Assembly (NCBI GenBank): GCA_963706325.1
Contig: CAVPLT010000007.1
Location: 160,001-224,000, forward strand
Reading direction: 5' to 3'
DNA length: 64,000 nucleotides
From: an uncultured Nitrospiraceae bacterium
Lineage (GTDB): Bacteria; Nitrospirota; Nitrospiria; Nitrospirales; Nitrospiraceae
Shown here piece after piece: positions 10,070 to 24,406 of the stretch. Numbering within the stretch: the stretch's first letter is position 1; each line of letters opens with the position of its first letter. The position numbers and the translations under genes were made by a program. Below the pieces are notes generated by a model. The model was given only the letters and a program-made list of their open reading frames with translations, was not told the origin of the DNA and did no database searches.

Positions 10070-12553
10070 ATGGAACAGGAGACCTCGAAAAAAATTCTTC
10101 AACAATACGGAGTCGGGCCTATCCAATTTTCCGGCACGAATGATGCGCTCTATGAGCGGCATCTGACTTTCGACCACGTCGTGGATGTCAAGAAGGCCGA
10201 TGTGCAGGAGCAATTTGAAGCGGCGGCACGTGCGATCCGCGACATCATTTCACAACGCTGGATCCGGACCGAAGACACGTATGCAGAGAAGAACCCGAAG
10301 CGCGTGTATTATCTTTCGATGGAATTTCTTCTCGGGAGATCGTTTGTCAATAATGTGACCAATGCGTTGCTCCGCCCATTGACGCTAGAAGCCGCGAGAA
10401 AGAAGGGCATTGACCCGCTGACAATGCTGGCCATAGAGGCAAGGGAGCCGGATGCCGGGCTGGGGAACGGGGGGCTCGGCAGGCTGGCGGCCTGTTTCAT
10501 AGATTCGATGGCGACGATGCAGATTCCCGGGATGGGTTATGGCCTCCGCTACGAATACGGAATCTTCAAGCAAACGATCAAGGACGGCTGGCAATGCGAA
10601 CAGCCGGATAATTGGTTGCGTCGTCCCGATCCCTGGGAAGTGGCACGGCTCGAGGAATCGGTCGAAGTGAAGCTGAGCTGTTCGTTCGAGCTGCACGACG
10701 GCATATTGCGGTTGGTGCCCGGGCGGCCGTCCAGCATCATCGGCATCCCGTTCGACCGTCCCGTCGTCGGCTACGGCGGCAAGACGATCAATACGCTTCG
10801 GCTGTGGGCTGCGACGGTACCAAATTACTTCGACTTTCAACGATTCAGCAGCGGGGATTTCGTGGCCGCATTGGCCGGAACGCTGGCGGCCGAGTCGCTG
10901 ACGCGTGTGCTTTATCCCGACGACTCCACAGTTCGGGGCCAGGGGTTGCGATTCCTGCAGGAATACTTCCTGGTCGCCTGCTCGCTGGGCGATCTCGTGC
11001 GACGCTTCCGGCGTGGCAATTCCGACTGGAACGTTCTTCCCGAGAAAGTCGCCATCCAGTTGAACGACACGCACCCGACAATGGCAGTTCCAGAGCTGAT
11101 GCGAATTCTGCTGGACGACGCGCATCTCAGTTGGGACCAGGCCTGGGATCTGACGCAACGATCACTCGGGTATACAAACCATACGCTGCTGCCCGAAGCT
11201 TTGGAGAAATGGCCGCTTGAATGGTTCGAGCGCTTCGTGCCTCGGTATGCGGAAATTATCCACGAGATCAATCGCCGGCATCTTGACCAAGCGCGGGCGC
11301 GCTTCGCGGGCGACCAAGAGCGTCTCGCGTCCGTGAGTCTCATCGAAGAGGGCGCGACGCGTAAAGTCCGTATGGCCAACCTCGCTATCGTCGGAACGCA
11401 TAGCACGAACGGCGTGGCCGCCATCCACTCAGAACTGCTGCGCACGATGACGGTCAAGGATCTGGCCGAAATGTTTCCTGAGCGGTTCAACAACAAGACC
11501 AACGGGGTCACGCCGCGAAGGTGGTTGCTGTTGGCGAATCCGGCGCTCTCGGACGTTATCACCGCAGCCATTGGAGACGGATGGATCACTGATCTCGGCC
11601 AGCTGAGCAAGCTCAAGAAACTGGCCGGTGACAAGGCCTTTCGGGGCGCAGTTCGCAAGGCCAAGCGCGAGGCGAAATCGCAGTTCGCGCAGTGGCTCAA
11701 GACGACATCCGGGCAGACGGTCGATCCGGACAGCATCTTCGATTGCCAAGTGAAACGTATCCATGAGTACAAACGCCAACTGCTCAACGCCCTGCGCATC
11801 GTGGTGCTGTACAACAGGCTGAGGGAGAATCCGGACCTCAAGATGGCCCCGCGGACATTTTTCTTTGCCGGCAAGGCGGCGCCGGCATACCACTTGGCCA
11901 AGATCATCATCAAGTTCATCAATAATCTGGCCGGCACTATCGATGGAGATCCGATCGTCCGCGGACGACTGAAGGTCGTGTTTCTACCGGAATACAGCGT
12001 GTCGCTTGCCGAGCGGCTGATTCCGGCCGCCGATGTCTCCAACCAGATTTCGACGGCCGGCTACGAGGCCAGTGGTACGAGCAATATGAAGTTCATGATG
12101 AACGGAGCCCTGACGCTGGGGACATGCGACGGCGCGACCATCGAAATGGCGGAAGAAGTGGGTGAAGAACACTTCTTCATGTTCGGCCTCACCGCGGACC
12201 AAGTGGCCGCCAGCAGGGGCTGGTACAGCCCGGGCTGGCATTATGACAACGAAGCGGAGACTCGCGCGGCGCTGGACCTCCTCTTCTCCGGTCACTTCAG
12301 TCAGTATGAACCTGGCGTCTTCGAACCGCTGCGGCACACGTTGTTGACCGGTGGAGACCACTACATGCACCTGGCGGACCTCACGGCCTATCTCAGGGCC
12401 GACCGGAAGCTGTGCGATCTGTACGGCGACTCGGATGGATGGACGCGTAAAGCGATCTTGAATATCGCCGGCTCAGGGAAGTTCTCCAGTGACCGCACGA
12501 TCGCCGAGTATGCAGCCGACATTTGGAATGTGAAGGCCTGTCCCGTCTCCTGA
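10070..12553 (+). CDS. glgP: Glycogen/starch phosphorylase
   Basis: GLGNGGLGRLAACF, QLNDTHP, KRIHEYKRQ, EASGTSNMK. Confidence 0.96.
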   Translation: MEQETSKKILQQYGVGPIQFSGTNDALYERHLTFDHVVDVKKADVQEQFEAAARAIRDIISQRWIRTEDTYAEKNPKRVYYLSMEFLLGRSFVNNVTNALLRPLTLEAARKKGIDPLTMLAIEAREPDAGLGNGGLGRLAACFIDSMATMQIPGMGYGLRYEYGIFKQTIKDGWQCEQPDNWLRRPDPWEVARLEESVEVKLSCSFELHDGILRLVPGRPSSIIGIPFDRPVVGYGGKTINTLRLWAATVPNYFDFQRFSSGDFVAALAGTLAAESLTRVLYPDDSTVRGQGLRFLQEYFLVACSLGDLVRRFRRGNSDWNVLPEKVAIQLNDTHPTMAVPELMRILLDDAHLSWDQAWDLTQRSLGYTNHTLLPEALEKWPLEWFERFVPRYAEIIHEINRRHLDQARARFAGDQERLASVSLIEEGATRKVRMANLAIVGTHSTNGVAAIHSELLRTMTVKDLAEMFPERFNNKTNGVTPRRWLLLANPALSDVITAAIGDGWITDLGQLSKLKKLAGDKAFRGAVRKAKREAKSQFAQWLKTTSGQTVDPDSIFDCQVKRIHEYKRQLLNALRIVVLYNRLRENPDLKMAPRTFFFAGKAAPAYHLAKIIIKFINNLAGTIDGDPIVRGRLKVVFLPEYSVSLAERLIPAADVSNQISTAGYEASGTSNMKFMMNGALTLGTCDGATIEMAEEVGEEHFFMFGLTADQVAASRGWYSPGWHYDNEAETRAALDLLFSGHFSQYEPGVFEPLRHTLLTGGDHYMHLADLTAYLRADRKLCDLYGDSDGWTRKAILNIAGSGKFSSDRTIAEYAADIWNVKACPVS

Positions 12554-12685
12554 TGCAACGACGTGCTGTCATAGGGGGAGGATTGCGCCATGGAATCCGA
12601 ACAGCTCATGAATATTGGTTGAGGTCACGTTGGATGGGGGACTCTGGGTAGGACCGGAAGTCATGAAAAAACCCGGGAGGTTGTT

Positions 12686-13460
12686 TTGACGAAGGATGGG
12701 GTACAAGGTGATCAAACAAAAGATCGCAGTCCGGCTGGACTCCCTGATTCCGGCGAGGCGATAAGTCTCGACGATCAAACGCAGGTTATCCAGATTCTCG
12801 GGCAATCCGTGCAGGGACTGTGGGAGGTGGTCAATAATCTTACACGGCTTCGGCCGAAGAAACGGGCGGAGTTCCGCGTCACGATTTTCGGATCGGCCCG
12901 CATTCCACGCGAACACTGGGTGTTTGGCGCGGTTCGCGACCTGGCTAAGGAATTGGGTCGGATGGGCTGTGGCATTGTGACCGGTGGCGGGCCGGGTTTG
13001 ATGGAGGCGGCCAATGAAGGGGCAGCGTTAGCCGGACCGGCCGCGCAAAGGTGGAGTGCTGGCATTCGCGTGCATCTGCCCTTCGAGCAGGAAGCCAATC
13101 CGTTCGTTGGTCAAGCCTACGAACACCGTACGTTCTTTTCGAGACTCCATCATTTCGTCCTGGTGTCGGACGCGTTCGTTGTCGTCCCGGAGGAATTGGC
13201 ACGGTGTTGGAGCTCGCTATGATCTGGCAACTCCTTCAAGTGCGCAAATTGGACCAAACGCCTCTGGTTTTGATCGGACCCATGTGGGCAGAATTCATCA
13301 AGTGGGGGCAGCAGTATTTCCTGAGGCCGGAGTTTGAACTGGCCGGACCTGCAGATCGCAAGATTCCTCAATGCGTGGAAACCGCTGCAGAAGCAGTGGC
13401 GATCATTCGTCCTCACTACGAACAATGGCTATGTGATTCGGGTTTGCAGGCGAAGCCGTG

Positions 13461-13461
<1 letters not shown>
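12686..13461 (+). pseudogene. LOG-family nucleotide phosphoribohydrolase with one frameshift at ~13188
   Basis: ORF 12686-13222 carries IFGSAR and TGGGPGLMEAANEGA; the overlapping frame continues PGGIGTVLEL...; stop overlaps the next ATG. Confidence 0.85.
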
Positions 13462-16250
<2,789 letters not shown>

Positions 16251-16358
16251 AGCCGGTCACGGTCCCCCTGGTTGAATGGGGGTCGCAATCAATGCTGCGG
16301 ACGCAGCTGATGGCGTCCGCACGGCGCAGTAGTCGCGCTCAGGTTCGGTAGGCTTCTA

Positions 16359-16943
16359 ATGGCTGTTCCAGCGCAACAGGTGTTTCTCGTACGTCACGGT
16401 GAAACGGAGTGGAGTCTCAACGGACGACACACCGGTACCACCGACATTCCGCTGACCGAACACGGACGGGAGGTGGCCAGATTGTTGCGACCCATCCTCG
16501 CAAAGGAGTCGTTCGCGCTGGCTCTGACGAGTCCTCTCTTGCGAGCCCGGGATACCTGCCAGCTCGCAGGTTTCGGAGAGGTGGCAAAAGTCGAGCCCGA
16601 TCTGATGGAGTGGAACTATGGGAGCTATGAAGGATTGACGCCTGCTCAGATTCATGCGACGGCACCGGGCTGGCTGCTCTTTCGAGATGGCGGCCCGGGG
16701 GGAGAACAGCCAGGGGAAATCGGCGCACGGGTCGATCGTGTGATTGAGAGCGCGCGAGCCGTCGAGGGCGATGTCATATTGTTCGCCCATGGGCACGTGC
16801 TCAGAGTCCTTGCTGCTCGTTGGTTGGGCCTCCCCCCTTCACAGGGCCAACGCTTTTTGCTCGGTACGGCGACCATGAACATCTTGAGCTATTATCGCGG
16901 CGTTCCGGCGATCAAGCGATGGAACGCACCGGTTCAGTTCTGA
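16359..16943 (+). CDS. Histidine phosphatase (phosphoglycerate mutase superfamily)
   Basis: RHGETEWS...GRHTG...DIPLT, EWNYGSYEG, FAHGHVLR. Confidence 0.92.
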   Translation: MAVPAQQVFLVRHGETEWSLNGRHTGTTDIPLTEHGREVARLLRPILAKESFALALTSPLLRARDTCQLAGFGEVAKVEPDLMEWNYGSYEGLTPAQIHATAPGWLLFRDGGPGGEQPGEIGARVDRVIESARAVEGDVILFAHGHVLRVLAARWLGLPPSQGQRFLLGTATMNILSYYRGVPAIKRWNAPVQF

Positions 16944-17008
16944 GCGCGCGACGGCGTCAGTGAGAAGAGCCACATGCGGAACCGTTGGAATGCTAAGGAG
17001 GTGATGCG

Positions 17009-18649
17009 ATGACGAGCGGTGCCGGTCCACTCACGCAAGGCGCTGCCTGGAATGCCCTTCGCGAACATTACGAAGCGATCAGGGCCGTGCATATGCGGGA
17101 TCTGTTTGCGAAAGATCCCGGGCGCGGCGCCCGCTTGGTGTGCGACACGCAGGGGATCTACCTCGACTATTCAAAAAACCGCCTCACGGATGACACGATG
17201 CGGCTGCTGCTCGATCTCGCGGGCGCGGCCGGCTTGCGCTCGGGTATCGACGCGATGTTTCGCGGCGACAAGCTCAATGTGACGGAGAACCGCGCGGTCC
17301 TCCACGTCGCGCTGCGTGCCCCTTCCGGCGCCACCATTAAAGTGGGCGGCGAAAACGTGGTGCCGAAGGTCCACGCGGTGATCGAGAAAATGGCCGGTTT
17401 CGCAAACCGCGTCCGCAGCGGCGAGTGGAAAGGTCATACCGGCAAGCGCATTCGGAATGTCGTGAACATCGGCATCGGAGGCTCGGATCTTGGACCAGTT
17501 ATGGCCTATGAGGCGCTACGGGCGTACAGCGATCGCGCGCTGACGGTTCGTTTCGTCTCCAACGTTGATGCGACCGATGTCGCCGAGTCGACGCGGGACA
17601 TCGATCCGGCGGAGACTCTGTTCATTGTCTGCTCGAAGACCTTCACCACGCAGGAGACCCTTGCCAACGCGCAGACCGCGCGTGCCTGGTGCCTCCAAGC
17701 GCTCAAGAGCGACAAGGCCGTGGCCCGCCACTTCGTGGCCGTGTCCACGAATGCGGACGAAGTCGCGAAATTCGGAATCGATCCCGCCAACATGTTTGAA
17801 TTCTGGGATTGGGTCGGAGGCCGCTACTCGCTGCCCTCGGCCATCGGTCTCTCGCTGATGGTCGCCATCGGACCTGAACGGTTTCGTGAAATGCTGGCCG
17901 GGTACCATGCAATGGACGAGCATTTCAGGACCGCCCCGTTCGACAAGAACCTGCCGGTGCTGCTGGGACTCATCGGGCTTTGGTACGTGAATTTCTTCGG
18001 CGCCGAGTCCCAAGCGATTTTGCCCTATGATCACTACCTCGGCCGGTTGAGCGCCTATCTGCAACAGCTCGACATGGAGAGCAACGGGAAGCGCGTGGAC
18101 CGGGATGGGAGCGTGGTGAATTACCAGACGGGCCCGGTCATCTGGGGGCAGCCCGGCACCAACGGCCAGCATGCGTATTACCAGTTAATCCATCAGGGCA
18201 CGCGGTTGATCCCATGCGACTTCATCGGTTTCTGCCGGTCGCTCAATCCCATGGGACAGCATCACGATCTGCTGGCGTCCAATCTCTTCGCGCAGACAGA
18301 GGCGCTGGCCTTTGGCAAAACCGCCGCGGAAGTGGAGGCTGAAGGAGCGCCTCCGGCTCTCGTGCCGCACCAGACGTTTCCGGGCAACCGCCCGACGAAT
18401 ACCATCCTGATTGAGCAACTGACACCGGAGATGTTCGGGAAGTTGATCGCGCTCTACGAACACAAGGTTTTCGTCCAGGGCACGATCTGGCGTATCAACT
18501 CGTTCGACCAGTGGGGCGTGGAGCTCGGCAAAGTGCTGGCCAAACGGATCACGCCGGAATTGACGAGCGTAACGGACTCCGAGCTCCGGCACGACAGCTC
18601 GACCAACGCGTTGATCCGGCGTTACCGTCGGCTTCGCCTGCCGAGCTGA
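17009..18649 (+). CDS. pgi: Glucose-6-phosphate isomerase
   Basis: [38 protein letters not shown]. Confidence 0.97.
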   Translation: MTSGAGPLTQGAAWNALREHYEAIRAVHMRDLFAKDPGRGARLVCDTQGIYLDYSKNRLTDDTMRLLLDLAGAAGLRSGIDAMFRGDKLNVTENRAVLHVALRAPSGATIKVGGENVVPKVHAVIEKMAGFANRVRSGEWKGHTGKRIRNVVNIGIGGSDLGPVMAYEALRAYSDRALTVRFVSNVDATDVAESTRDIDPAETLFIVCSKTFTTQETLANAQTARAWCLQALKSDKAVARHFVAVSTNADEVAKFGIDPANMFEFWDWVGGRYSLPSAIGLSLMVAIGPERFREMLAGYHAMDEHFRTAPFDKNLPVLLGLIGLWYVNFFGAESQAILPYDHYLGRLSAYLQQLDMESNGKRVDRDGSVVNYQTGPVIWGQPGTNGQHAYYQLIHQGTRLIPCDFIGFCRSLNPMGQHHDLLASNLFAQTEALAFGKTAAEVEAEGAPPALVPHQTFPGNRPTNTILIEQLTPEMFGKLIALYEHKVFVQGTIWRINSFDQWGVELGKVLAKRITPELTSVTDSELRHDSSTNALIRRYRRLRLPS

Positions 18650-18691
18650 CACCTCGTTCCGCTGGCAACACCTTAATCCGAAAGGCTTGCG

Positions 18692-20755
18692 ATGACTCGT
18701 GAACAGCTCGACCAACTCTGCATCAACACCATCCGGACATTGTCCATGGATGCCGTTCAGCAGGCCAACTCAGGCCATCCCGGGACGCCCATGGCCTTGG
18801 CGCCTGTGGTCTATTGTCTGTGGCAGCGATTTCTGCGTTTCGATCCGCAGGACCCGATCTGGCCCAATCGAGACCGTTTTGTCCTGTCCGTCGGCCACGC
18901 CTCGATGCTCTTGTACTCCCTGCTTCATCTCACCGGGGTGAGGGCCGTGAGCAAAGAATACGAGACCCTCGGTGAACTGTCGGTCCCGTTGGATGCGATC
19001 AAGCGGTTTCGTCAATGGGAGAGCCGCTGCCCTGGTCATCCGGAGTACCGGTGGACCTCCGGGGTCGAAACCACAACCGGACCTCTCGGGCAGGGGATTT
19101 CGAACAGCGTGGGCATGGCCTTGGCCGGCCGCTGGATGGCTGAGCATTTCAATCGGCCCGGCTTCGAAGACATGATCAATTTTAACGTCTACGCCTTGTG
19201 CGGGGACGGTGACATGATGGAGGGGATTTCGCACGAGGCCGCTTCGATGGCCGGACACTTGGGCATCTCGAACCTCTGCTGGATCTATGACAACAATCAC
19301 ATCACGATCGAAGGCAACACCGCGCTGTCTTTTTCGGACGATGTCGCAACACGGTTCGTCGCCTATGGCTGGAATGTCACTCGCGTCGGTGACGCCAACG
19401 ACCTCGTGATGCTCGAGCGGGCATTCCGCACCTTCCAGAGGACGACAGATCGGCCGACGCTGATCATCGTGGATAGCCACATCGCGTATGGGGCGCCCAA
19501 CAAACAAGACACCTCGGCGGCTCACGGAGAACCGCTCGGCGAAGAGGAAATCAGACAGACCAAGAGACATTACGGATGGCCGGAGGACGCCAAATTCCAT
19601 ATTCCAGACGGTGTCTATGAGCACTTTCGGCAAGGGGTCGGCGCTCAAGGGAAGGTGTCCCGCGACGCATGGTTCACGCGCATCAACGAGTACAAAGCCA
19701 AGTATCCGGAGCTGGCCGATCAATTGTACCGGATGCAACACCGGCAGTTGCCCGATGGATGGGACAAAGACCTGCCTGCTTTTCCAGCCGACGCCAAGGG
19801 CATGGCCACGCGGGTCTCGTCCGGGAAGGTGTTGAACGAGCTGGGAAAACGCGTGCCCTGGTTGATGGGCGGGTCGGCGGATCTGGCTCCTTCGGCAAAA
19901 ACGCGGTTGACGTTTGAGGGGGCGGGCGATGTGTCTGCCGAGACTCCCGGCGGCCGCAATCTTCACTTCGGTATTCGCGAGCATGCGATGGCGGCAATCC
20001 TGAACGGGATGGCCCTGGTGAAAGTCAGGGCCTATGGTTCCGGTTTCCTGATTTTCAGTGATTATGCCAGAGGTGGGATCCGGCTCGGCGCAATCATGGA
20101 ATTGCCCGTCATTCATATTTTCACGCACGACTCGATTGCCGTGGGAGAAGACGGGCCGACACATCAGCCGGTCGAACATCTCGCCTCGTTGCGCGCGATG
20201 CCCGGGCTGATTGTCCTAAGGCCGGCCGATGCGAATGAGGTGCTGGAAGCCTGGCGCGTGATCATGAATTTGCATCACAAGCCGGTGGCTCTCCTCCTCA
20301 CCCGCCAGGACGTGCCGACATTGGATCGGAGCAAGTATTCCTCTGCCTCGGGCTTGGCGCAGGGAGCCTACGTCCTGGCCGATAGCCCGGATGGACAACA
20401 GCCCGACGTCATCCTCATCGGAACCGGTAGTGAAGTCTCGCTCTGTGTCGCGGCCTACGAACAGCTCAAGTCCGAACGAATCAAGGCTCGGGTCGTGAGC
20501 ATGCCCTCGTGGGAACTGTTCGAGCAGCAGGAACAATCCTATCGCGACAAGGTGCTGCCGCCGGCGGTGAAGGCTCGCGTAGCGGTTGAACAGGCGTCCA
20601 CGTTCGGATGGGAGCGGTACGTCGATAAGTCGGGTCGGATCATCGGGATGAACTCGTTCGGCGCGTCGGCTCCGCTCAAGGAGCTTCAGAAGAAGTTCGG
20701 GTTTGAGCCGGAGCAGGTCGTGGCGGCGGCGAAAGATGTCCTTGGCAGGGAGTGA
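18692..20755 (+). CDS. tkt: Transketolase
   Basis: NSGHPG, ETTTGPLGQG, GDGDMMEG, FGIREHAM, GEDGPTHQP. Confidence 0.97.
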   Translation: MTREQLDQLCINTIRTLSMDAVQQANSGHPGTPMALAPVVYCLWQRFLRFDPQDPIWPNRDRFVLSVGHASMLLYSLLHLTGVRAVSKEYETLGELSVPLDAIKRFRQWESRCPGHPEYRWTSGVETTTGPLGQGISNSVGMALAGRWMAEHFNRPGFEDMINFNVYALCGDGDMMEGISHEAASMAGHLGISNLCWIYDNNHITIEGNTALSFSDDVATRFVAYGWNVTRVGDANDLVMLERAFRTFQRTTDRPTLIIVDSHIAYGAPNKQDTSAAHGEPLGEEEIRQTKRHYGWPEDAKFHIPDGVYEHFRQGVGAQGKVSRDAWFTRINEYKAKYPELADQLYRMQHRQLPDGWDKDLPAFPADAKGMATRVSSGKVLNELGKRVPWLMGGSADLAPSAKTRLTFEGAGDVSAETPGGRNLHFGIREHAMAAILNGMALVKVRAYGSGFLIFSDYARGGIRLGAIMELPVIHIFTHDSIAVGEDGPTHQPVEHLASLRAMPGLIVLRPADANEVLEAWRVIMNLHHKPVALLLTRQDVPTLDRSKYSSASGLAQGAYVLADSPDGQQPDVILIGTGSEVSLCVAAYEQLKSERIKARVVSMPSWELFEQQEQSYRDKVLPPAVKARVAVEQASTFGWERYVDKSGRIIGMNSFGASAPLKELQKKFGFEPEQVVAAAKDVLGRE

Positions 20756-20822
20756 TCAGCGGGGCCATCGAGGCACTCGAAGACGCAGGGATGATCGCGG
20801 ACCGGGCCGCGGAAGGGCGACC

Positions 20823-22895
20823 ATGAAGACCATTGGTAACAGCTCACCCCTGGGCGCAACGATCGGTCGTGGCGGCGTTAACTTCAGTCTCTTTTCGCGT
20901 GACGCGACAGGCGTGGAGTTGCTCTTGTTTGATGGGCCGGAGGACGCCAAACCGGGGCGCGTGGTCAGCCTTGACCCGGTTACCAACCACACCTACCATT
21001 ACTGGCATGTGTTCGTGCCTGACGCAGGGCCCGGACAGATTTACGGCTATCGCGCTCAAGGCATGTTTGATCCTGCAAGAGGAATGCGATTTGATCCAGC
21101 CAAAGTCCTGCTCGATCCATACGGCCGCGGCGTCGTTGTGCCGAAGGCCTACAGTCGGGACTCGGCCGCTCGGGAAGGTAACAATGCCGCGATGGCCATG
21201 AAGAGTGTGGTGATCGACCCATTGGCTTACGATTGGGAAGGTGATTCGCCGCTCAAACGGCCCGCTTCGCGGACGATAGTCTACGAGATGCACGTGCGGG
21301 GATTCACCCGCCATTCCAGTTCCGGCGTCGCTGAGAACAGACGGGGCACTTATGCCGGTTTGATCGAGAAGATACCGTATCTTCAGCAACTCGGCATCAC
21401 CGCCGTCGAACTTCTTCCGGTCTTCCAGTTCGATGCTCAGGACTGCCCGCCGGGAAAAATCAATTACTGGGGCTATGCCCCGGTTTCGTTCTTCGCCCCT
21501 CACCAGGCCTACAGCTCGCGGCAGGATCTGCATGGCCCCGTTGATGAATTTCGAGATATGGTCAAGGCGCTGCACCGAGCCGGCATCGAGATCATTCTCG
21601 ATGTCGTGTTCAACCACACGGCAGAAGGCGACCACTCCGGGCCGACTCTAAGCTTCCGTGGTCTGGACAACAGGACCTACTATCTTCTGGATCAGGATCA
21701 GGCGCGGTACGCCGACTACACCGGCACGGGGAACACGCTGAACTCGAATCAGCCGATCGTCCGCCGCATGATCGTCGACAGCCTCCGCTATTGGGTCGAT
21801 GAGATGCATGTGGATGGATTCCGGTTCGATCTCGCGTCCATCCTCGCGCGAGGCGAGTCGGGTGCAGTGATGGCGGATGCGCCGGTCCTGTGGGATATCG
21901 AAACGGACCCGTCTATGGCCGGTGTGAAGTTTATTGCCGAAGCCTGGGATGCGGCGGGGCTCTACCAGGTGGGTAGTTTTATCGGGGATAGTTGGAAGGA
22001 ATGGAACGGACGGTTCCGCGACGATGCCCGCAGTTTCTTCCGCGGTGAAGACGGTTCGCTGGCGCGCTTTGCCGACCGCTTGGCCGGAAGCCCGGAGATC
22101 TACGGACACAAGCAGCGTGAGCCCGAGCAAAGCGTGAACTTCGTGACCTGTCACGACGGGTTCACGCTCAACGACCTTGTCTCCTATGATCAGAAGCACA
22201 ACGAGGGCAACGGCGAACGCAACCGGGATGGAGCCAACGACAATCGGAGCTGGAACTGCGGCGTCGAAGGTCCGACAGACGACCCCGTGGTGGAACGGCT
22301 GCGGAACCGGCAGGTGAAGAATTTCCTGACCGTCACGCTGCTTTCTCTGGGGCTGCCCATGATTCTCATGGGAGACGAGGTGCGGCGCACCCAGCGCGGC
22401 AACAACAATGCCTACTGCCATGACGATGACACGAACTGGTTCGACTGGACGCTGGTCGCCAAACATGCAGACGTGCATCGGTTCGTTACACTGCTTAACG
22501 CACGCCGAGTCTTGCGGGACGAGGAGCATGAGCGCCAGCGCTTGAGCCTGACTCAGCTGATCCGGCAGGCTAACAAATCCTGGCATGGCGTCAAGCTCGG
22601 CCAGCCGGACTGGAGTCCCCGGTCGCATAGCATTGCGCTCAGCGCGGAGCTGCGGAAGGAAGGGCTCCTCTTTTGCATGATCTTGAACGGCTACTGGGAA
22701 CGGCTTGAGTTCGAGCTCCCCCCTTCGAGCAACGGCCGCGTGAATCAGTGGCGCCGTTGGATCGACACGGCGCTCGACTCACCTCTGGACATCGTTCCAT
22801 GGCGAACCGCTCCGTCGATTTCCGGCTCGACGTATCGGGCGGAGGCGCGCTCTGTGGTGGTGCTGTTCGCCGATTTGGCAGGGGGAGGAAGGTAA
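20823..22895 (+). CDS. glgX: Glycogen debranching enzyme (isoamylase)
   Basis: YEMHVRGFT, NYWGY, DVVFNHTAEG, DGFRFDLA, IAEAWD, NFVTCHDGFTL. Confidence 0.95.
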   Translation: MKTIGNSSPLGATIGRGGVNFSLFSRDATGVELLLFDGPEDAKPGRVVSLDPVTNHTYHYWHVFVPDAGPGQIYGYRAQGMFDPARGMRFDPAKVLLDPYGRGVVVPKAYSRDSAAREGNNAAMAMKSVVIDPLAYDWEGDSPLKRPASRTIVYEMHVRGFTRHSSSGVAENRRGTYAGLIEKIPYLQQLGITAVELLPVFQFDAQDCPPGKINYWGYAPVSFFAPHQAYSSRQDLHGPVDEFRDMVKALHRAGIEIILDVVFNHTAEGDHSGPTLSFRGLDNRTYYLLDQDQARYADYTGTGNTLNSNQPIVRRMIVDSLRYWVDEMHVDGFRFDLASILARGESGAVMADAPVLWDIETDPSMAGVKFIAEAWDAAGLYQVGSFIGDSWKEWNGRFRDDARSFFRGEDGSLARFADRLAGSPEIYGHKQREPEQSVNFVTCHDGFTLNDLVSYDQKHNEGNGERNRDGANDNRSWNCGVEGPTDDPVVERLRNRQVKNFLTVTLLSLGLPMILMGDEVRRTQRGNNNAYCHDDDTNWFDWTLVAKHADVHRFVTLLNARRVLRDEEHERQRLSLTQLIRQANKSWHGVKLGQPDWSPRSHSIALSAELRKEGLLFCMILNGYWERLEFELPPSSNGRVNQWRRWIDTALDSPLDIVPWRTAPSISGSTYRAEARSVVVLFADLAGGGR

Positions 22896-22956
22896 GCGAT
22901 GGGGCTGACCTCTTGATACGGCGGAGAGTAATCAATTCGCTGATCTGATACGAGTA

Positions 22957-23789
22957 GAAACGGAGAAAATAATGGTGAAAGAGAAGCTGCCGGAAGGCAA
23001 TGGCAAGGCCAAACTCAAGGGCAAAGAATATGAAAAGGAAATACGCCGGCTTCAGGCCAAGCTTTGCGACCTTCAGGCCTGGGTGAAGCATAAAGGGCTG
23101 CGCGTGATGGTCTTGTTTGAAGGCCGTGACGGCGCGGGGAAGGGCGGCACGATTCGAGCCATCACGGAACGCGTGAGTCCGCGCGTGTTCCGTGTGGTGG
23201 CGCTCCCGGCGCCCACGGATCGCGAGAAGACCCAGATGTACATGCAGCGGTACATGGCGCACTTCCCGGCGGCCGGCGAGATCGTCATTTTTGACCGCAG
23301 CTGGTATAACCGCGCGGGGGTCGAACACGTCATGGGGTTTTGTACGAAAGAGCAGTACCGCGGCTTTCTGGAGCACTGTTCGGTTGTCGAGAAGTACATC
23401 GTCGACGCCGGAATCATCCTGGTCAAGTATTGGCTGGAGGTAAGCAACCAGGAGCAGGAACGGCGATTCGAAGCTCGCATCGAAGACCCCTTGCGCCAGT
23501 GGAAGCTCAGTCCGATGGATTTGCCGTCCCGCGAGAAATGGTACGACTACTCCCATGCCCGCGACCGCATGCTGGAGGCGACCGATACGACGCACGCCCC
23601 CTGGCATCTGGTGCATTCGGATGACAAGAAACGAGCGCGCCTCAACTGCATCAGCCATTTGCTCTCACGGATCCCTTACAAGGACCTTCGGCGGGAGAAA
23701 CTCAAGATACCCCAGCGATCCAAGAAAGGCGCCTACGACGATCACGCCACCTTGCAAAGTAGAAATTTTGTACGAGAGGTGTATTGATG
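22957..23789 (+). repeat. 833-bp direct repeat, copy 2
   Basis: Matches 4999-5831; similarity starts at GAAACGGAGAAAATAATG and ends 2 bp after the stop. Confidence 0.93.
22972..23787 (+). CDS. ppk2: Polyphosphate kinase 2 (identical protein to 5014-5829)
   Basis: Same 271-aa translation. Confidence 0.95.
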   Translation: MVKEKLPEGNGKAKLKGKEYEKEIRRLQAKLCDLQAWVKHKGLRVMVLFEGRDGAGKGGTIRAITERVSPRVFRVVALPAPTDREKTQMYMQRYMAHFPAAGEIVIFDRSWYNRAGVEHVMGFCTKEQYRGFLEHCSVVEKYIVDAGIILVKYWLEVSNQEQERRFEARIEDPLRQWKLSPMDLPSREKWYDYSHARDRMLEATDTTHAPWHLVHSDDKKRARLNCISHLLSRIPYKDLRREKLKIPQRSKKGAYDDHATLQSRNFVREVY

Positions 23790-23838
23790 CTTGAAGCGGT
23801 CAGCCGATGTCCCGGGTAAGAAAGCATCGCATCTCTCA

Positions 23839-24260
23839 TCAGCGGCTGAGGATCATGGGCGAGAGCTTATCGAGTCTCAGACGGCGGTCGATTCCGTGAT
23901 AGAGATGGTAGCCGCCGATGACTAAGCCGACCGTAATGACTCTAGCCAATGCGACGTTGAGATCAACCTGCGCCCACGCTTCCGAGACAGCGTCGCCGAG
24001 CGTCCCGGTGTCCCGGTAGACATGCCATATCCTCTCGGCGAACAGGATGGGGGCGCTGACGGCGCAATAGACCAGCGTCTTGCACAGCGTGGCCACCCAG
24101 ATTGGGTGGCTGGCGTCCAGAGGGGTGGCGATGGGGGTCATGTCGAGGAGCATAATCACCTTCGCGAGGGCAAACGCGCCGATCACCGTCGGCCCGAGGG
24201 CTGAGAACTCGATCTGATAACTCGCCAGAACTAGTTTCTTGAGCGTCGTGAAATACCAAA
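23839..24260 (-). pseudogene. 5'-truncated paralog of the membrane protein at 30968-31462
   Basis: FTTLKKLVLAS...ILSR aligns with the intact paralog; its first ~27 residues are replaced by unrelated sequence. Confidence 0.75.
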
Positions 24261-24406
24261 ACCACCCCATCCTGCGGAAGCACTTGCTTCCAGACGTGCG
24301 AATGGCCCTGCGTCTTGAGACGCTTACAGAGCATTGCTGCCTCTGCAGAAACGTCCGTTGACATAGATAGACATGTTGGGCAAGCACATGCGCAGGATTC
24401 GGCCAG

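Noticed and set aside
18770..20179. Long antisense ORFs (469 aa here; also 10912-12042, 28528-29751, 54213-55310, 22639-23658)
   Set aside because: Shadow frames of well-supported GC-rich genes with no recognisable motifs.
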